Positions 15,848 through 20,000 of a DNA stretch of 20,000 nucleotides are shown piece by piece. The notes under the pieces were generated by a model. That model was not told where the DNA came from. It saw only the letters and a program-made list of their open reading frames with translations, and did not search any database. The stretch lies in the IMG/VR virus record IMGVR_UViG_3300032050_000088. The stretch is one strand, 5' to 3'. The translations under genes were made by a program, and so were the position numbers. Each line of letters starts with the position of its first letter. Position 1 is the first letter of the stretch. Origin of the DNA: an uncultured virus (IMG/VR IMGVR_UViG_3300032050_000088) (lineage: Duplodnaviria > Heunggongvirae > Uroviricota > Caudoviricetes).

Positions 15848-15921
15848 AGTCGGATAGCTCAGGTGGTGAGAGCGGCACGCTTATACCGTGATGGTCGTGG
15901 GTTCAACTCCCACTCCGACTA
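15848..15921 (+). tRNA. tRNA-Ile(UAU), CCA not encoded
   Basis: AGTCGGA/TCCGACT, GCTC/GAGC, CACG-CT-TAT-AC-CGTG, GTGGG-TTCAACT-CCCAC. Confidence 0.88.
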
Positions 15922-15989
15922 CAACTGAAAAACTATAGTTCATATCTAACTCGCCATTTGTTTAAGATATTTACTATAAAACCTAACAA

Positions 15990-16490
15990 ATGAAACACGT
16001 ATTTTTTGTACTATGTACAATTTTAACCATTAATGCCTTTTCACAAACTTTTAAAGACCCTGTGTCTTTTAAGTCCGACTTATGGCTTGTTCAAACTTTT
16101 GAGGAAGGCACATTCGTTGCTCCTGATACTATCTCAATAACTTGGGATATTAAAAAAGTTAAACAGGGTAAACACGCCATTTATGTTGATATCTCTAAAA
16201 AGGGAACATTGATTGGAATTAAATACCCAAATAAACTTACATTAAGTTCAGAAGGGTTACCCAATAATGGATTTATGGTTGAGAAATGGTTTAGCCGTTA
16301 CTCAATGTATATCCAAAGTATGGTAAAGGATGAAGAAGGATATATTTGGACAGTTACCGTTGGTAAGGATGCGGTTTCTGATGATAATAAGGGATTGGAA
16401 AATGGTAGAATATATGTTGTCATACAAGACCCAAAACATATAAAACCAAGTTGGTATTTCACCATTAAGTCATTTGGAAGTAAAAAATAA
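15990..16490 (+). CDS. secreted hypothetical protein
   Basis: 166 aa, signal peptide ending AFSQ. Confidence 0.7.
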   Translation: MKHVFFVLCTILTINAFSQTFKDPVSFKSDLWLVQTFEEGTFVAPDTISITWDIKKVKQGKHAIYVDISKKGTLIGIKYPNKLTLSSEGLPNNGFMVEKWFSRYSMYIQSMVKDEEGYIWTVTVGKDAVSDDNKGLENGRIYVVIQDPKHIKPSWYFTIKSFGSKK

Positions 16491-16496
16491 TTATAA

Positions 16497-16567
16497 GGTC
16501 GGATGTCCGAGCGAATAGGTGAATGTTTGCAAAACATTTTAGGGTGGTTTAACTCCATCTCCGACCT
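16497..16567 (+). tRNA. tRNA-Cys(GCA), atypical D/T loops, CCA not encoded
   Basis: GGTCGGA/TCCGACC with U73, AATGT-TT-GCA-AA-ACATT, GGTGG-TTTAACT-CCATC. Confidence 0.82.
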
Positions 16568-16585
16568 CTTTTTTAAAATAATAAT

Positions 16586-16678
16586 ATGGAAAAGAAACCT
16601 TTTGTAGATAGCGGAAAATTGTTTATCACATCGATAATACTATTTATTATCATGATGATTATAATGTTTTTTCTTTGA
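16586..16678 (+). CDS. small single-TM peptide (30 aa)
   Basis: MEKKPFVDSGKLFITSIILFIIMMIIMFFL. Confidence 0.4.
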   Translation: MEKKPFVDSGKLFITSIILFIIMMIIMFFL

Positions 16679-16728
16679 TTTTTTAGATTAAATCATTTAT
16701 ATTTTGGGTAAACTCAATAACTAAAACT

Positions 16729-17730
16729 ATGAAAAATTTATTCCTAACTTTATTTACTTTATTATCGATTAATTTGTTTTCACAATGTGAGAATGACTCA
16801 ATTAACCCCTATTTTGTTAACTTCGAGCCTGAGGTTACAATTTCATGCGATGTTGACCTGAATGTTGTATTTCCTGTTGCTCTTGATGAGTGTGATGATA
16901 GTGTTGAGATTGCTTGGTATGAAGAAACTACAAATATTTATTGTGACAATTCATATGATTTGTTTAGAGTTTACAGAGCTTTTGATAATTTCGGTAATCA
17001 ATCTGTTGAGTCTCAGATAATTCACGTAGTCGATGAAACATCCCCATTATTTCAACCAACACCAACTAAAATTATAAGTTGTGATGAAGTACCGGTTTTT
17101 GACCAGCCCGTTGCAACCGATAATTGTGGTTTTATTGTAATAACTAATCAAGATATGGTTGATACTACGGATAGTTGTCAAATAACTTATACCAGACTAT
17201 GGACCGCTTATGACCAGTGTGGAAATACCTCATACTCATCTCAAACAATAATTTCAATTGATACAGTACCACCAGTCATTAATGGACCAATATATTTGGA
17301 AGTCAATGAAGGTAATAATATTGACACTTTATTTGTTACAGTTACTGATAATTGTTCATCATTTAATGTAACTTATGTTGACACTGAAGTATCCTCACAC
17401 AGTATTATAAGAGATTACACGGCGACTGATTATTGTGGAAATGAATCTACATTTGAGCAAATAATTCATATTAATCACGATGAAGAGGAAGAAGAAGGTG
17501 GTGGTGGAAACAACAGAGTCGCAATTTGTCACAATTTAGGCAACGGAGAATGGATTACAATTTATGTGGCACAACCTGCGGTCCAAGCTCACTTGAATCA
17601 CGGAGACTATCTTGGTCCTTGTACCGAAATGGTAATAGACTGGCAACAAATTCTCCCAAATAGCGATTTACAAATGAGAGTTATTAAGGGAAAAGATAAT
17701 AAGTACAAAAAATTTGTGAGAGTTAGATAA
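16729..17730 (+). CDS. secreted HYR-like repeat protein
   Basis: Signal peptide; three repeats with A/V.D.C ... R...A.D..GN.S; C-terminal VAICH...AHLNHGDYLGPC module. Confidence 0.75.
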   Translation: MKNLFLTLFTLLSINLFSQCENDSINPYFVNFEPEVTISCDVDLNVVFPVALDECDDSVEIAWYEETTNIYCDNSYDLFRVYRAFDNFGNQSVESQIIHVVDETSPLFQPTPTKIISCDEVPVFDQPVATDNCGFIVITNQDMVDTTDSCQITYTRLWTAYDQCGNTSYSSQTIISIDTVPPVINGPIYLEVNEGNNIDTLFVTVTDNCSSFNVTYVDTEVSSHSIIRDYTATDYCGNESTFEQIIHINHDEEEEEGGGGNNRVAICHNLGNGEWITIYVAQPAVQAHLNHGDYLGPCTEMVIDWQQILPNSDLQMRVIKGKDNKYKKFVRVR

Positions 17731-17748
17731 ATCACTTATCTTTGTACC

Positions 17749-18201
17749 ATGAAAAGGATTTATTTGGATGATGTTCGTACACCTCTATCTAATGACTGGA
17801 TTGTCGTTAGAAGTTATGATGAATTTGTTAATAAAGTAACCGAGATTGGACTTGGTGAAATTGAAACTATTTCATTTGACCACGATTTGGGTGACACCGC
17901 CATGAATGAATATTTCACAAATGTTTCACCAAATTACAAATTGGATTATAATAATATAACCGAAAAAACAGGTTATGATTGTACCAAATGGATTGTTGAT
18001 TATTTTTATGAAATGAATCCTGATAGGATTGAAATGAGTCGCTCAAAAAAAGGAAATACCAAAATTAAATTTCCTTTGGTCGTAGTTCACTCGGCAAATC
18101 CAATTGGTTCGGCGAATATTATGGGATATATTAATAATTTTTTGATGAATGAAAATAAACCTCAAACTTGTATTAGGGTTAATATTGACCACACGGTTTA
18201 A
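17749..18201 (+). CDS. cyclic-phosphate processing receiver-domain protein
   Basis: IYLDDVR, VRSYDEF, ISFDHDLG, TGYD, VHSANPIG motifs. Confidence 0.78.
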   Translation: MKRIYLDDVRTPLSNDWIVVRSYDEFVNKVTEIGLGEIETISFDHDLGDTAMNEYFTNVSPNYKLDYNNITEKTGYDCTKWIVDYFYEMNPDRIEMSRSKKGNTKIKFPLVVVHSANPIGSANIMGYINNFLMNENKPQTCIRVNIDHTV

Positions 18202-18221
18202 TTAAACATTCGTATATTTGT

Positions 18222-18254
18222 AAAAAGTATGACTCTATGTCATACTTTTTTTTT
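18222..18254 (+). terminator. intrinsic terminator
   Basis: AAAAAGTATGAC-TCTAT-GTCATACTTTTT plus T-run. Confidence 0.75.
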
Positions 18255-18300
18255 GTTTTTGATATTTATCTTAATATAATAACTGACTTAATAAAAACTG

Positions 18301-18636
18301 ATGATGGAGCAACACTTGGTTACAATTCTCGTTACACTAATAACGGTTTTAACTTCAAACGCGGCTTGGAAATATTATGAGAAAAGAATGTTGTTGAAGC
18401 AAAGGCAAGAAGAGAATCAACACAAAGATGGGGAACTTTATAGAGATGATTTAAGAGAAAGAATTGTTAAATTAGAAACATTACTTGACGAATCATCCAA
18501 AGAAAAAGATAAGATGAGAGAAAACATCATCGTATTAACCACTTCACTCTCAAGATTAGAAGTCGAGGTGGATTTCTTAAGAAAAGAAAATGAAAAGTTG
18601 AGAGCAGAAAATCAACTTTTAAGAACTAGAGTATAA
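18301..18636 (+). CDS. N-terminal TM plus coiled-coil protein (possible lysis accessory)
   Basis: Hydrophobic residues 6-23, then heptad-rich tail; TAATG coupling to the M23 gene; TATTTAT at 18263-18269. Confidence 0.7.
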   Translation: MMEQHLVTILVTLITVLTSNAAWKYYEKRMLLKQRQEENQHKDGELYRDDLRERIVKLETLLDESSKEKDKMRENIIVLTTSLSRLEVEVDFLRKENEKLRAENQLLRTRV

Positions 18637-19352
18637 TGACAAATTTTTCTTACATAACAAATACCTCTAAAGGTAGAATAACATCCCCTTTTGGTAATAG
18701 GGTACATCCTACATTAGGTAAGGTCAAAAAACATTCAGGATTAGATATTGCTCACCCCACAGGAACTGAAGTACTAGCAATGACCGACGGAGTTGTCATT
18801 CAAAGTGAAATGGCAAATAACGCTTGCGGTGGTACCATTGCAATAGACCACGGAATGGTTGATGGAAAAAAGCTTAAAACCAGATTTTGTCATAATAGTA
18901 AATTACTTAAAAAAGTAGGGGATAATGTTAAAAAGGGTGAGGTAATTGCGATTTCTGGAGGTGGTAAAAATGATGTTGGTAGAGGTCGTTCGACAGGCCC
19001 CCATATTCATTTTGAGGTATATGAAAACGGACAAACAGTAAATCCAAAACCATATTATGATGGCTCAAAATTAGGAGTGACACCCGATAGTGAAAATACG
19101 ACTGATTCAGATACTACTAAAGTTTCAGGTAAAGAAGATTTACCGACACCTGATGAGGATGACGAACAACAAATGAGTCCTGAGTTATCTAATGCTCTAA
19201 AAACTTTAACTCCGGACTCTAAAGGTCTTGATGTGTTTGGTGGAAAATTGGACCCTTTAATGAAAGGGTTTGAAAAGGCGTTTGGTCAATTTGGTATGAA
19301 TTCTATCGTTAAAGAAGATGTTGATAGAATTAAAAATTTGATGAATCTGTAA
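18636..19352 (+). CDS. M23 family metallopeptidase (peptidoglycan hydrolase)
   Basis: ITSPFG.R.HP, HSGLD (HxxxD), STGPHIHFEV (HxH). Confidence 0.92.
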   Translation: MTNFSYITNTSKGRITSPFGNRVHPTLGKVKKHSGLDIAHPTGTEVLAMTDGVVIQSEMANNACGGTIAIDHGMVDGKKLKTRFCHNSKLLKKVGDNVKKGEVIAISGGGKNDVGRGRSTGPHIHFEVYENGQTVNPKPYYDGSKLGVTPDSENTTDSDTTKVSGKEDLPTPDEDDEQQMSPELSNALKTLTPDSKGLDVFGGKLDPLMKGFEKAFGQFGMNSIVKEDVDRIKNLMNL

Positions 19353-19368
19353 TTTTTTTACGATTTTG

Positions 19369-19636
19369 CTTGTTTGGTGAGTATTTATCCTTATCTTTGT
19401 AAAAGATTTGACACCTACAGGTGATGAAAGATACTCGGAAAGTTAAATCTAAAAAAAAACTACAAATAAATTTGGTGAAATGAAAAAGTCACCATATATT
19501 TGTAAAGGATTTGAGACGGACAACGATTAAGATACAAGTCTCGAATCTTAAAAAAAGTTTAAGAAAAATTGGAAGATTGAAAAATTTGACTTAAATTTGT
19601 AAAACAATTCGGGAATGACCGAAAAGTTCTTTGAAA
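19369..19636 (+). promoter_or_regulatory. three tandem Bacteroidota-type promoters followed by boxB-like hairpin and boxA-like motif
   Basis: TAnnTTTG at 19392, 19495 and 19592; TTCGG/CCGAA hairpin 19608-19623; GTTCTTTGAAA 19626-19636. Confidence 0.65.
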
Positions 19637-19639
19637 GAT

Positions 19640-20000
19640 TTTGGGCCGTGTATGGTCCTTTAAAATAAACTACGAAAGTAGGATAAAGTGGTCTCCCCCG
19701 TGTTAAGGAGACTGCGGCTTCAGAAATGGAGCTCGAGTACACAAGTGGGATATCACAAGACCTTTAGTACCGAGGGTAACACTGTAGGGAAAGTGGAATT
19801 GTGACCTGGGAATGTGGATTCTCAAGTTGAGTTCGGAAGAACAATAAGAATAACCCATAGGAATCAAGTAAGAAATGTGGCTTCCAACTACAATATTGCG
19901 GATTCCAATACCGAAGGGGACTTAAAACCGAAAGGTAAGGTGGAGAACGAGTGGTGTCGCTACTACCCCTAAAGATGACCTACCAAGGTCTCTTTATGAA
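19640..20000 (+). ncRNA. large structured non-coding RNA, truncated by the window end (GOLLD/ROOL-class candidate)
   Basis: No plus-strand ORF in the track; raised GC; CTAC-GAAA-GTAG, GTTC-GGAA-GAAC, ACC-GAAA-GGT, GTCTCC/GGAGAC, GGAATC/GATTCC, GACCT/AGGTC hairpins. Confidence 0.7.

Noticed and set aside
19640..20000. rRNA gene
   Set aside because: Despite the rrn-like leader, no recognisable 16S, 23S or 5S conserved sequence
1..20000. CRISPR array, stop-codon recoding, or integrase/IS element
   Set aside because: No regularly spaced repeats; genes are intact under code 11 and end in TAA, TGA and TAG; no suppressor tRNA, transposase or integrase seen

Overview
AT-rich, gene-dense window most consistent with a large (jumbo-type) phage of a Bacteroidota host. 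Support: about 17 Bacteroidota-type TAnnTTTG promoter motifs, a T9SS-CTD protein, an M23 peptidase, a holin-like gene, rmlC and dispersed tRNAs. Positions 1-7088 hold mostly hypothetical, probably virion-associated genes preceded by a second motif, TATTTAT. Positions 7186-18201 are an accessory region of short secreted or membrane genes interleaved with RNA genes. The tRNAs are Arg(UCU), split by a 209-nt group I intron and overlapped antisense by a free-standing HNH nuclease, plus Leu(UAA), Met/Ile2(CAU), Glu(UUC), Ile(UAU) and Cys(GCA). The most unusual content is non-coding. Two (possibly three) tRNA-shell RNAs keep acceptor, D and T arms but carry unrelated multibranched cargo where the anticodon and variable arms should be. 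Several more structured RNAs lie in one apparent transcript at 14971-15921. A large ornate RNA at the window end is preceded by three tandem promoters and an rrn-like boxB/boxA leader. All assignments were made by eye; no searches or folding programs were run.
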